From positions 310,001-374,000 of the forward strand of contig JAANOX010000280.1 in the NCBI GenBank assembly GCA_020184695.1: 64,000 nt of DNA, read 5' to 3'. Source of the DNA: Histomonas meleagridis 2922-C6/04-290x (Eukaryota; Protista; Parabasalia). Below are positions 9,626 to 21,636 of the stretch, one piece after another. The position numbers and the translations under genes were made by a program. The notes beneath the pieces are model-generated. The model made no database searches, was not told the DNA's origin, and saw only the letters and a program-made list of their open reading frames with translations. Position 1 is the stretch's first letter, and each line of letters opens with the position of its first letter.

Positions 9626-12600
9626 ATGGGAGGCAGTCAAAGTCAAGGCTCTTATACAAGTAAGTATCAAGAAAATCTCCAATCGCTACAATGTCTTGAC
9701 CAAATTATTTTTGGTCTTAATGAAGATAACATTAAAACCTCAGTCGAGACTTCTTTAAAATATTTTTCTGAAGAAATTTCATATTCATTTAATTTAATTA
9801 TTTGTCGAATAATATATTCATATTTTAAGTCAAAAGGTTTTTATAAATCAAGTTTTGAATATCTAAAAGAATTAGAGAACAAAGAGAAAGAAATTAACAA
9901 TAATTTAAACAACAAAATTACTGAATTTTTTTCTAAATTTCTTTTAACTATTTCTACACAAGAATCAAATTTTCTTCTTGCTAAATTGATTGAAAACGGA
10001 ATAATTGAGCCAACACTTCTTACTAATAAAATATCACCATATTTCATACATTATATATCGAAAGAAGAAATAAATAAATTCGAAAATGATCAATTTGGTA
10101 AATACTTATTAGAAAACATAGAAATTCTTCAAGAAAACGATTGGGAACTTCATAAGAAATATATAAGTGAAGGAATAAATCAAAATGAAATATCAAAAAT
10201 AATTCGAAATGATGAATTTGAAAAACTTCAAGAAATTATATCACAACCAAACTTTGATATTAATCAAACAATTGAACCATCACTTTATGAAAGATGTTCA
10301 TATATTAATACGAAAAATGTTTCATTAATTGATTACGCAGCATTTTTTTCTGCTGTTAAATGTTTTAAATATTTGCTATTAAATAATTGTGAATTAGAAC
10401 ATACGGGTAAATATGCAATTGCTGGTGGAAATCTTGAAATTATTCATTTATGTGAACTTAATCATACTTCATTTGAAGATTCGTATGAAGCAGCAATTGA
10501 ATTCCATCGAAATGATATTTTTATATATATTTATGAGAATAAAATCATCGAAATTAATGATATAGATGATATAATAACGAAATGTATTATATATGATAAT
10601 TATGAAATTCTTTCATTCTTATTAGAAAAAGAAGAAATAGATATTAATGATAATATCATTAAAACATCAATTGAAACTGGAAATTTGTTCATTGTACAAT
10701 ATTTACTTGAAAAAAATCCGATATCAATAGATTTTTTGGAAATTTCTTCCATTTTTGGTAATAAAGAACTATTTATTTTCCTTATATATAATAAATATGT
10801 TAAATCTAAAGATAAAATCGTTTATTAATTCGATTTAAAGTTTATTTGAAATATTTGAAATTTCTTTTAAAAATTTGGAATTAATTTGTTTTACTTAAAA
10901 TCGCTCTTTTAAATGCATCTGAAAAAGGTTACGTTGATATAGTAAAATTTTTCCTTGTTCAAGACAAAATTGATATAAATATAAAACCAAGTTTAATACA
11001 AACATCACTAATATTGGCATCTTCTAATGGACATATTGAAATTGTTAAATTGTTTCTTGAACAAGAAGGAATTGATATTAATTTCAAAGATATAAAATTG
11101 TATTATTTAAAATTTGTTTTAATAATTTCATGTTTCATAAAATGATTTGGAAATCATTCAAATGATTTTGGACTGCATTAATATTAGCTTCTTCTAATGG
11201 TCATTTAGGTATAGTTAAATTGTTTCTTGAACAAAAAGGAATTGATATTAATGTAATTGATTTTTATATATTTTGTATAATGTTTAATTAAATGATTTTA
11301 TATTAGTTAAAAATATTTGGAAATTGTTCAAATGATTTTGGACTGCATTAATTTTAGCTTCTAGAAATGGACACACGAAAATAGTTCAAATACTTCTTGA
11401 GCAAAAAGGAATTGATGTTAATGTTAAAAACATTAATTTCTTTTATATAAAATTTATTTTAACAATTTAATATTTCAAAATTATTAATGGAAATTCTTCA
11501 AATTATTTTATACAGCACTTATGGAAGCATCTTATCATGGAAAGATAGATATAGTTCAATTACTTCTTGAACAAGAAAATATTAATATCAATATCAAAAA
11601 CATAAATTTGTTTTATATAATATTTATTTATATAAATTTATGTTCCAATATAATATTTGGAAATTATTTGGAATATTTGAAACAGCACTTAATTTGGCAT
11701 CTAAATATGGTATTACAGATATTGTTAAATTACTTCTTGAACAAGAGGGAATTGATATTAATGCAAAAGATATATAAATTTTTTATTTATTATTTATTTT
11801 ATAGATTTGACATTTCATAAAAATATTTGGAAATTGTTCAAATTATTTAAAACTGAACTTATGCTTGCATCTGAAAATGGATACAAGGAAATAGTTAAAT
11901 TGCTTTTAGAACAAGAAGGAATTGATATTAATGCAAAAGGTATTTATTTGTTAAATTTAATGATTCTTTTAAATTTTTAATATTTCATAAAAATATTTGG
12001 AAATCATTTAAAACATTTCTTACATCGCTTATGCTTGCATCTAAAAATGGGCATACTGAAATAGTAAAATTACTTCTCGAACAAGAAGGAATTGATGTTA
12101 ATGTTACAGAGTTTATTATATGGTTTTAGATAAATTTTATTTTAATAATTTAATATTTCAAAATAAAATTTGGAATTTATTTAAAATATTATTTACAGCA
12201 TTTTTAATTGCATCTGAAAAAGGTCATACTGAAATAGTTAAATTGTTTCTTGAACAAAAGTTAGTTGACATCAATGCACAAAGTATTAAAACGTTTTATT
12301 TTTAATTCATTTTAAATATTTTATATATCAAAAAAACATTTGGAAATTATTTGAAATATTTGATTCAGCACTAATTTATGCAGCTGAAAATGGTTACAAA
12401 GAATTAGTTGAATTACTTCTTGGTCAAAAAGGCATTAATTTTAATCCAAAAAATGCTTATTTAATTTATATAAAATTAATTTTTAAGATTTTTTGTTTCA
12501 AAATAATATTTGGAATTTAATCAAATGATTTTTGAATCCACTTATTTATGCAGTAAAGAAAGGTAATATTGATATAGTTAAGTTAATACTTGATAAAGAA

Positions 12601-13572
12601 ACAATATTTATTAATGATAGCCCAGATGTTTCTTATGAAATTTTAATGGAAACACAGCACTTTTGGAAGCTTCTTGGAGAGGAAAAGCAAAAATGGTTAA
12701 ATTACTTCTTGATGTAAAAGGAATTGATGTTAATGCCAAAAATGTTTTAATATTTTATATAAAATTTCTTTTAATAATTTAACGTTTTAAAATAACATTT
12801 GGAAATTATTCAATTTATTTGATACAGCATTAATTTATGCTTCTGAAAAAGGTAATATAAAAATAGTTAAATTACTTCTTGAAGAAAAAGGAATTTATAT
12901 TAATGTTAAAAATATTTGTTTAATTGATTTAATGTTTTCTTTAACTATTTGAAATTTCATTAAAATATTCGGAAATTATTTTAATTATTTGATACAGCAC
13001 TTATGTTAGCATCTAAATGTAACAATACGGAAATAGTTAAATTACTTCTTGAACAAGAACGAACTGATGTAAATGTTAAAAATATTTTTTTATTTATTTT
13101 GATTTTTACTTTGATGATTTGATATTTCATAAAAATATTTGGAAATTATTCAAATCATTTAATACACCACTAATTTATGCATCTTCAAAGGGTCTAACGG
13201 AAATAGTTAAATTACTTCTTGAACATGAAAAAATTGATGTAAATGCTCGAAATGTTTATTTGTTTAATTTAATTTTTGCTTTGATGATTCCATATTTCAA
13301 CATAATATTTGGAAATTATTCAAAATATTTAATACAGCACTTATTTTAGCATCGAAATATGGTAATACAGAAATAGTTAAATTACTTCTTAAAAAGGAAG
13401 GAATTGATATCAAAGTAAAAAACATTTTATCATTTGATATAAAGTCCATATGAATCATTTAAAATATCAAAATAATTTTTGGAATTTGTTCAAATAACTT
13501 AAAACAGCACTTTCAAAAGCATCTAAAAATGGTAGAACTGAAATAAAATTGCTTCTTCAAAGAAAGAATTAA
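9626..13572 (+). CDS. DUF3447-ankyrin repeat protein, locus 2 (continuous part 9626-10819, then 17 cassettes)
   Basis: Begins MGGSQS and has the DUF3447 core. Cassettes start at 10900, 11002, 11172, 11342, 11512, 11682, 11852, 12022, 12195, 12365, 12535, 12654, 12824, 12994, 13164, 13334 and 13504. The last ends ...LLLQRKN-TAA at 13572. Confidence 0.85.
10820..13572 (+). repeat. Cassette/spacer array of locus 2
   Basis: 17 junctions: 14 of 80 nt, one of 83 nt, one of 26 nt, and one spacer-less 12-nt in-frame linker. Confidence 0.95.
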
Positions 13573-14067
13573 TATGAATGTTATTATGTTTGTACTTTAA
13601 CAACACATTACCAAAAAAAAAAGTTAAACTTGAAGATCTTCCAGAGGCTGGATAAGCCAATTGAGGAAATTCAGTTCAACCCCAAAAGTTAAATAAATAG
13701 AAATAAAAATTTTTTTATTTTTTTTAAATGAATATGTCTATGATTTTGAAATACTTAAAAATATTTTAAATTGAGCATTACACTAATCAAAATAGCACTT
13801 CATTCCAATAACAACTCTTAATGAAAAACAGAACAAATCAACATTATTTCAAATATTGATATTATGATCCTGATTATTTTGTGAAACATGCAATCTTAAT
13901 CTCATAATTACTTAAGCAAAAAATTTTAATTACAATTTACCTCGAATCATTTCATTTAAGTGATAATTCACCAAATAAGTTCCAATTTTATTTTTCAAGA
14001 TTTTTGGGCTTAAATTCAAAATAATTATAATTGTTTGATATCAAAAAATAAATATCTTTATTAATCT

Positions 14068-14499
14068 TCATGTACGATACCTGTCTAATTTGCTTAATAA
14101 TTCTTGGAAATCTTCATCTGATTCAATCTTTGCTAAAGATGGAAGTCCATATGAACGTGCTTCTTCAACAGTTTTTGGTGATAAATTTAAAATGGTAACA
14201 GTATCAGATTCTACTTGCTTGGACCAAATTTCGTGTTCAGCTTCTGTCATTTCATCAATACCCTCGATATTGGAGAGAAAATCACGAACAAGCTGACGGG
14301 CAGCTTCTAAGTAAGACCCATCCTCGAATTGTTTAAACTGTTCTACATATTGACAAGCTTTTAAGAAATTCTGTTTTCGCGTGGAATCAGCAGTATCTTG
14401 CATATCAGCTTCAACATTCTTGAGGATTGTAAAAGCATCGAAATTTGATAAGCATTTTCCATTTCTGTAAACATAATCAAAAGCGTCTGCTTGGGACAT
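14068..14499 (-). CDS. Hypothetical acidic protein (~143 aa)
   Basis: Open frame with coding-like composition. The first ATG (14499) gives MSQADAF. No recognised domain. Confidence 0.6.
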   Translation of the reverse strand: MSQADAFDYVYRNGKCLSNFDAFTILKNVEADMQDTADSTRKQNFLKACQYVEQFKQFEDGSYLEAARQLVRDFLSNIEGIDEMTEAEHEIWSKQVESDTVTILNLSPKTVEEARSYGLPSLAKIESDEDFQELLSKLDRYRT

Positions 14500-14638
14500 T
14501 TCTGTGACATGTGATGTGAAAATATCACATAAATGCCAATTATTTTTCCTCAAATTTTCGAATTTTGTGAATTCTTAAAACTGTCAATAACTCATAGATA
14601 AAAGTGGCAATAGTGTTGTAAAAATTTGAAGAAGAAAT

Positions 14639-15937
14639 ATGCAAAAACCTCAACAAATATTTTTCCAATCAATATTGGTTTTTAACAATGAAGGAAACCT
14701 TGTTTTTTCCCAGAGGTTTAGTTCAGTAGAATCTGAAGCATCTTCAAATCGACAACCAATTTTATCTGATGAAGAACTTACATCAATATTTAAAGGTAAC
14801 ATTCTCCCTCCTCTCTCTTCTCCATCTCCTACACAATTTTCTTTTCAAATTTCTAAATCTTTATATATTGTTGTTCTACCTACAAAGAATTTTTATCTTG
14901 GTGTTATTCCCCTAATACGTCCAACATCAGTACAGCCATATATCGAAGTTTCAGCTTCATATTCATTTTTATCATTTCTTGAAACCGTAACGCGTTCAAT
15001 TCTCAAGACAATGAATCCAAACTCACCACCATCAGCCTATGCTTCATTTCGTCAACTTATTAACCAGATTTTACCATTTGGTTCTCCGATTGTTCATGAT
15101 GCATATTTTGCATCACAACTTATTTCTCCTGGTGATTTAAGGCGTTTTAGTGCCGGCTATCAAGTTGTAGCACCGTCACCGATTCCCTCATGGAAAGTCT
15201 CACTTTTATTTTCACGACCTCAAATTGAACTCAAACTTCGTGAAGTAATATTTGGTTCGATTGATGGTCAAAATAACACATACACAGTCTACGGCGAGCT
15301 CAAGAGCGTTGCCTCCATCAATTATCTCCCAGATATCACTGCGAAAGTCAAAGGTTTGGAAAATGTTTTGGATCTTTCCGGACATTATTGTGTAAAAAAG
15401 ATCGAAAAAGATCAAATAGTATTTTCTCCCCCGACTGGAGTGGCTCAACTTCTTCTGTGGAAGTCAAACGTTGACCCTACTAAGCCTCCAGTCGATGGCA
15501 TCTACGAGATATTCGAGGACGAAGTTGGTCTTCATTTCTCATTAACAATAACCGTTAAGGAGAACGTTAAAACCGTAACCGCTCAATTGCCTTTTCCAGG
15601 AAGAAGCTCTTTAACAAAGCATCAATTCCAAAATCCAGGCGGGCAACTAAAAATGTCTAAAAAAGAGGCAACTGTTATGTGGCTTGCTAAGTTTTCGGAA
15701 CAAAAGTCATTAACATTAACAGGAATTTTGAACTTTGAATCAAATGAAAGCACATCAAAAGAAAGATGCAGAGCTTATATAAGCTTTAAGAGCAAAAAGA
15801 AATCTTTTACTGGAATTGAGGTTGAAAAAGATTCCGTAACGTTTAATCCTTCAGGAAATGTAAATGTAACAACAGAATTGAGTTATACAACTGAAAACAA
15901 AAAATATATATTTTGGGCAACACAAGGAAATCATTAA
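14639..15937 (+). CDS. Adaptor-complex mu-homology-domain protein, AP-5 mu-like
   Basis: N-terminal longin-like segment (VFSQRFSSVE), then PSWK, ELKLREVIFG and FSPPTG..QLL, followed by a beta-rich MHD-like C-terminus. Confidence 0.55.
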   Translation: MQKPQQIFFQSILVFNNEGNLVFSQRFSSVESEASSNRQPILSDEELTSIFKGNILPPLSSPSPTQFSFQISKSLYIVVLPTKNFYLGVIPLIRPTSVQPYIEVSASYSFLSFLETVTRSILKTMNPNSPPSAYASFRQLINQILPFGSPIVHDAYFASQLISPGDLRRFSAGYQVVAPSPIPSWKVSLLFSRPQIELKLREVIFGSIDGQNNTYTVYGELKSVASINYLPDITAKVKGLENVLDLSGHYCVKKIEKDQIVFSPPTGVAQLLLWKSNVDPTKPPVDGIYEIFEDEVGLHFSLTITVKENVKTVTAQLPFPGRSSLTKHQFQNPGGQLKMSKKEATVMWLAKFSEQKSLTLTGILNFESNESTSKERCRAYISFKSKKKSFTGIEVEKDSVTFNPSGNVNVTTELSYTTENKKYIFWATQGNH

Positions 15938-16249
15938 AGTTAAGTATCAGATTTTTTTTTTTATTTTTTCAACGGTTTATTACCGTTTAATTTACTCAAC
16001 GATTATTTTTGCTTGAAATTTGTTCAGTGAATTGAATTGTTTTGACACAAAAAGAATCCAAAACGATTAAATTCGATTCAATCATTTTCAAAAAGTTGTA
16101 TTGAAATTTGAAAAGAGTTTATGGATGTAGAATAGCTGAGCACTCACGATCATAATCTTCTCAAATTTCACTTTTCATTGAGAATTTAATTCTGTAGGAA
16201 TTGTGTTCAATGTTATCGTCAAATAACTTTTTAACAACCAAAAACATTC

Positions 16250-17644
16250 ATGAGCGAATACTTGAAACTTTCTGATTCTGGAGAAATAACAGCGTCACCT
16301 CATTCACTTCCAGATCCAGAAACCGGGAGTAAGCAAGCAGCTGACCCAAGGCTTACATTTGTAAAAACAGAAGCTACGAAAATTTATCTCAATGAAAGTT
16401 TTAAAGAAATGTTTGAAAACAGAAAAGAAAGAAAAAGAAGAGCTTCACTTTTCAGGAGATCTTTAGAAAACGCTAAGATGACAAGCAAAGAGAAGAAAAG
16501 AGCAAAAGAAGAATTTTCTAAAAATGAATCAGAAATCACAAGGATGCAAAGAGCACGCATTTCATCTAAGGACTTTCAAAAACTTAAACTTATTGGATGT
16601 GGTACATCAGGAGAAGTTTGGCTGGTAAAAGATACAATTAATTCCAGATTTTGTGCAATGAAAATAGTGAACAAGCTCAAAATTATCATCAACGATCAAG
16701 CAGAATCCGTAAAAACCGAGCGAACTCTACTTGCAACCATTGATAATCCATGGGTTGTGAAACTTTATTATTCATTTCAAGATCCAGAAAATTTATATTT
16801 TGTTTTTGAGTTTGTGCAAGGCGGGGACATGTTTTCTCTTCTTGATAGGTTCACTATGCTTGATGAAGATTTTACCAGATTTTATATTGCTGAAATCGCA
16901 CTTGCGATTGACTCGATACATCGTGCTGGGTACGTTCATAGAGACATTAAACCGGAGAATATCCTCATCACAACGAAGGGGCACATCAAATTGGCAGATT
17001 TTGGTCTTTCAATACAATTTGATCGTTCGAACAGTGATTTTGCGCAAGTTCTTGAAGAACTCAAGCGTATTTTAGTCGGTGAAGACGAGTTTACTGAGCC
17101 AAGTTCCGGGCAATATTCTAAGCCGGCATCAATGGTTGGAACAATTGAATATGTCGCACCTGAAATTTTAACCCAAGAAGAATATGACAGAAAATGTGAT
17201 TGGTGGAGTCTCGGAATTGTTATGTACGAAATGCTTTATGGACAAACACCATTTGCTTCTCCATCTGCAACTGAAACAGCATTAAAGATTGTTAGATGGA
17301 AAAAACACTTGGCTTTCCCATCAGTACCGAGCCTTTCAGATGAAGCAATAGACCTTATGAAGTCTCTTTTGACTGATGCAGATAAAAGGATTTCATTCCA
17401 TAAAATTAAACATCACCCGTTCTTTAACGGCCTCTCATGGGGTGCCCTTCAGCAGAGGGAGGGGCCCTACATACCCAAGGTAAATGGTCCCGACGACATA
17501 TCGGCCTTCCAGCCTAACGGTCCCCCGAAAAGTGCTCAGCAACTTCCCGAAAACGATCAAAATTTAACGAAATATGCTTTCTTGGGATTCACTTACAAGG
17601 CTAAGAAAAAGGGCATTAGCTCGTTAGACATGGGATTTAAATAA
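16250..17644 (+). CDS. AGC kinase, NDR/LATS family
   Basis: Basic N-terminal regulatory region, GCGTSGEV, HRDIKPEN, DFG, VGTIEYVAPE, CDWWSLG, and C-terminal AFLGFTYK hydrophobic motif. Confidence 0.95.
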   Translation: MSEYLKLSDSGEITASPHSLPDPETGSKQAADPRLTFVKTEATKIYLNESFKEMFENRKERKRRASLFRRSLENAKMTSKEKKRAKEEFSKNESEITRMQRARISSKDFQKLKLIGCGTSGEVWLVKDTINSRFCAMKIVNKLKIIINDQAESVKTERTLLATIDNPWVVKLYYSFQDPENLYFVFEFVQGGDMFSLLDRFTMLDEDFTRFYIAEIALAIDSIHRAGYVHRDIKPENILITTKGHIKLADFGLSIQFDRSNSDFAQVLEELKRILVGEDEFTEPSSGQYSKPASMVGTIEYVAPEILTQEEYDRKCDWWSLGIVMYEMLYGQTPFASPSATETALKIVRWKKHLAFPSVPSLSDEAIDLMKSLLTDADKRISFHKIKHHPFFNGLSWGALQQREGPYIPKVNGPDDISAFQPNGPPKSAQQLPENDQNLTKYAFLGFTYKAKKKGISSLDMGFK

Positions 17645-18151
17645 ATGTTTGCATGTTTTTTTCCATTTGATTTAAGCCATATGCGTAAAGAGTCGATGCG
17701 ACAGCAAGCATTTCGTGATGAAATAAGTATTATAGCGCAAAGAGTTATTCACATGTTAAGTTAAAAATGTGGATCCTATTGATTCAAGTAGACCACAATC
17801 CTGTCGTTAAAAGAAAAGATTTTTTATAATATAAAAAATGATAGTTGTCTGATTTACTTTTCCAATTTTGCATTGGCATGATAGTTTTGTTTCATATTTG
17901 TAGAGCCATATATATTAACAAACGAAAATTGGTAATGTTGATGATTTCAAAATATTGTAATCTCTAATTTAACTTTACATCCCAAGCGCGCATTAAATTT
18001 CACACATATAACTTATAAAGATGCATATATTATATTTTTTATTAAAGTGATTGAAACCAAAGTTTTGATGATATATCATGAATTTTTTGTATTTCATTAT
18101 CGAAGTTCATTTGGGTTATGTTGACTCTTTGAAGTTCTTCATAATTTTTAA

Positions 18152-18450
18152 TGCCCGGGCATAGTTATTGGCTGCGTCTTCTTTGCCATTGATGAGTTGA
18201 TCTGGGTGGAAAAGTTGACGATATGTACCAGTACGGACTTCATCCATACATGTGGGCTGGAGATCTACAAAGACTGCGCGCGGGACATGTTCACCTGAGC
18301 CTTTTTCGGAGAAGAAGGTGTTGAAGGCATCATCGCAGACACCGATAGTTTTATCGGAGGGCATTTGTCCATAAGGCTGAATTCCGTGTTCGAGGCAATA
18401 AAGTTCCCAGCATCCGTTACCGATTTGAACGCCGCATAGATAGAAATAAC
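18152..18450 (-). pseudogene. Truncated alpha-tubulin fragment (about residues 4-105)
   Basis: VISI-[deletion][20 protein letters not shown].[20 protein letters not shown]...[10 protein letters not shown]...[26 protein letters not shown], then an abrupt end. No start codon. Confidence 0.9.
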
Positions 18451-18534
18451 CGTTGTTTGCTTTGAAAAAAACAATCTGGTCATTTTTTTATAGGTGGTCA
18501 ATTTTTTGCGGATATAGAAATTTTGGCACTCACC

Positions 18535-18541
18535 TCATTTT
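18535..18541 (+). promoter_or_regulatory. Putative initiator (Inr) element of the Rab gene
   Basis: TCATTTT just upstream of ATG 18548 fits the trichomonad TCAY(T/A) initiator. Confidence 0.45.
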
Positions 18542-18547
18542 TTTTGG

Positions 18548-19132
18548 ATGGATGAAGTATCAAAACACAAAATTGTTCTTGTTGGAAATGCATACGTCGG
18601 TAAAACATCTTTGTTAACTCGTCTTATAAAAAATTATTTTTCCAAATCATATTGTCCAACTGTTGGAACTGGATTTGGATTTTGGGAAACAGTTGTGGAA
18701 GAACACACAGTCAGACTGCAAATTTGGGATACTGCAGGAACAGAAAGATATCATTCTATAACTCCAATTTTTTATCAAAATGCAGAAGCAGCACTTATAT
18801 GTTATTCCTTAAAACAAACAGAAAAAGAATCAGAAGAAGCAGTAAAATCTTGGGTTAAGAATTTTTTAGATACTGTACAATCTAAACCAATATTTATTGT
18901 AGGAAATAAGAGAGACAAAAATGATACCATATCAGATGAAATGGAGAGGTACCTCAACGAGCAAGGAAAATATCAGTTATACAAAGTGTCTGCTAAAACT
19001 GGTGAAGGAGTAATTGATCTTTTTAGCAGTGTAGCTAAAGAGGTTTGGAAAAACTCATTTCCAAAATCCGAATTTTTGGAACAAAATCCGAGGGTTTCTG
19101 ATCTTCCGCCAAAAACGAGTTGCTCATGCTGA
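18548..19132 (+). CDS. Rab-family small GTPase
   Basis: GNAYVGKT, PTVG, WDTAGTERY, GNKRD, VSAKTG and C-terminal CSC prenylation motif. Confidence 0.92.
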   Translation: MDEVSKHKIVLVGNAYVGKTSLLTRLIKNYFSKSYCPTVGTGFGFWETVVEEHTVRLQIWDTAGTERYHSITPIFYQNAEAALICYSLKQTEKESEEAVKSWVKNFLDTVQSKPIFIVGNKRDKNDTISDEMERYLNEQGKYQLYKVSAKTGEGVIDLFSSVAKEVWKNSFPKSEFLEQNPRVSDLPPKTSCSC

Positions 19133-19760
19133 TTATATATACAATATTGTTTTGTACTGTGTAAAGATTATATAGAATTATACTTTAATTGTTTGGGAAA
19201 ATGTGTATAAAAGCGAAATTAAAAAATTGCTACTAAACATTGATATAAAAAACAGCTTGGGAAAAAAATGAAAATATTTTTTTGTTTGAGCACTTTTCCA
19301 AAAGTTGTTGAAAGTATTTTTGTATGATTTAAGCATTTCCACATCTGGGCATGAATCTAAGATTGTTCATTCTTGCCCACATTGAATAAATCAGTGTTCA
19401 TTTGCTTTTGTTATAAATTAAACTTTTATTATTTGAATGAAATGAATATCCATTTTTGATTTGAATTCATTTGGGTATGCAAATTCATTTTAAAAATAAA
19501 AAAAGTAATTTCTCATAAAAAATAAAAATTTAATTGAAAAATGTATAAAACTGTATTGAAATAATGGTGGGCATTTATTCTTCTTTCAAGGTAAAAAGTC
19601 ATTTATATTTCAAGTCGAAAAATTTAAATAATTATTTTACAAGTTAAAATTGATTTCAAACCAATCAACAACAATTCTGCAACGCTTAATGTGTGTATAA
19701 AAGCATATTCCATTTAAAAAAATCACAAGACAATTTTTGAAAAATCATCTAATTTTAACA

Positions 19761-20075
19761 TCAATTTATGAAGAGAAAAAAACACACTTCTTTGGAAGTA
19801 AAAAAAAAAAATCTACTTATTGTCAAATTACTTTTAGTAAGTCCAAGAACTACTATCCATGTATCTGCATCCCTCACCTCACATGTTTCATATTGTTCTT
19901 CAGGATAACCAAGGTTAGTTGTATGCGCACGACACAAGCATTTGCAGTCTGATAAACTTGCATAGCGAGGATTATATGAGCCGCAACCATATTCCGCAAT
20001 TATAGTATTCACTAGTATGCTCATGTCGTAATGTCTTCCCGCAATAACGCTCGCAATCATTCCTAATAACAACAT
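19761..20075 (-). CDS. Possible small secreted cysteine-containing protein
   Basis: ATG start with a signal-peptide-like MLLLGMIASVIAG and a GCG...CKCLC...C motif. No family recognised. Confidence 0.35.
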   Translation of the reverse strand: MLLLGMIASVIAGRHYDMSILVNTIIAEYGCGSYNPRYASLSDCKCLCRAHTTNLGYPEEQYETCEVRDADTWIVVLGLTKSNLTISRFFFFTSKEVCFFLFIN

Positions 20076-21636
20076 AGTCCCAATTTTTTTCTCAGGTTTG
20101 ATGGTTTGTTTTGGCTTTTGTTATAAATTTCACTTTGCTTCTTACTTTGTACAAGACAGCCCTGCCTTGCAAGCATGTTCTAATGATGTAGTGTTAAATT
20201 TTTCGCAAAACTTGAAGCATTTTTTGCTTGAGGCAACGAAGCACAGCAACAAAGAAAGCATTGATGTCAAATTGACAAACCGCCCGATAAAGGGTTAATT
20301 GAATACTTATCGTTGTCAGATGACAGTTGTTTTGTTACGAAGCAACCGAAACGATCAAACAGTTAAATTTTCTATTCGCTTGGATAAATCTCAGTATTTC
20401 TTGATATTAAAATGAGAAAAATTAGGGCATGTAACATCCAAAACATCGCAATTCCAAAAATATCAGTTTTAAGTTTCTAAATAATGATTCAAGAAATATT
20501 TAGGACACAGCTGCACGTGCTGATGTGAATTGCATGGCTGATAGGGAAATTGACCGGCAATTAAATAGTAAAGAATTGCTAGAAACTTTGCACAAAATGT
20601 ATTATGTAAAAAAACAAAACAGAGCCTATTTTCAATGGAAATTGATTTATTGTGAAAAATCAAAATTTTATTGAAATTTAATAAAATATTAATATTCAGA
20701 AATTTCTAAATTATGCATATTCATAATATATAGAGTTTTCAGGTAGGGACAGACCGTTGACATCATTTCTTCATTATTGAAAAACATATTAGAAAAATAC
20801 TCGATATAATTCTTTGAGACAATATTTTTTTTTTGAATGCACTCTCATTAAACAAGGCATGTTCTAATGATGTACATGAGTTATTGAATGTATAGAAAAA
20901 AACAAGTACCCTATATCTCTTCTTCAAACGATTTTACTTGTTAACATTTTCAATTTGATATTCGATATATTAATAAAAAGATAAATTTTCTATAAAATCT
21001 CTTTTAAAAAATTTCTATATCACAAAGAATTGAACTCCGCTGAGAATTTTTATAATCAATATATATTTTTATGCCAAATGAACTTTTGATATATGAAACC
21101 ATAAGTTCAGCATTTGTAACCTTTAATATGAAAAAATAATAAAGAAATTGAAATAAAATTTCGATTTTCATATTTTTCTGGTTGAACGAAAAGAAAGTAA
21201 TTCACAAGGTTGCGGGGAAATGTCTCTTGTTAACTTCACCAATATGCTTAAATAAATGTTGAAGACAATTAAGTTAACTTTCATCATCTATGTGCACTCA
21301 TTGAAATGTTGCACAACATATTGAAAATTCAATGATCATGGTAATTCGAATTGAATAAATTATTTCACAAAGTGTATTCAAAAAAATGACGGTTGAAAAA
21401 TGTCACACAAAAATGAACAGTATCTATCAAATTTGAGATGGAGGAACGGACAAACAAGTTTGGTTATCCAGACGGCATACAAAATTAATTGATTTTTCTG
21501 AGAGAACCGTTGATAATTGTGCACAAAAGTCGTTAAATAACTTTCAGAATACCTCAAACCAACAATGCTCTTCATGTTTTTCCATTTACATAGAATTTAA
21601 TTAAGTCACCGATACACAAGCCAAAGGCATCTTTCG

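Noticed and set aside
9141-9758. Short ORFs upstream of locus 2, and similar antisense or overlapping ORFs inside large genes
   Set aside because: No recognisable motifs, mostly non-ATG starts, and composition expected from the opposite-strand or shifted frame of real genes.
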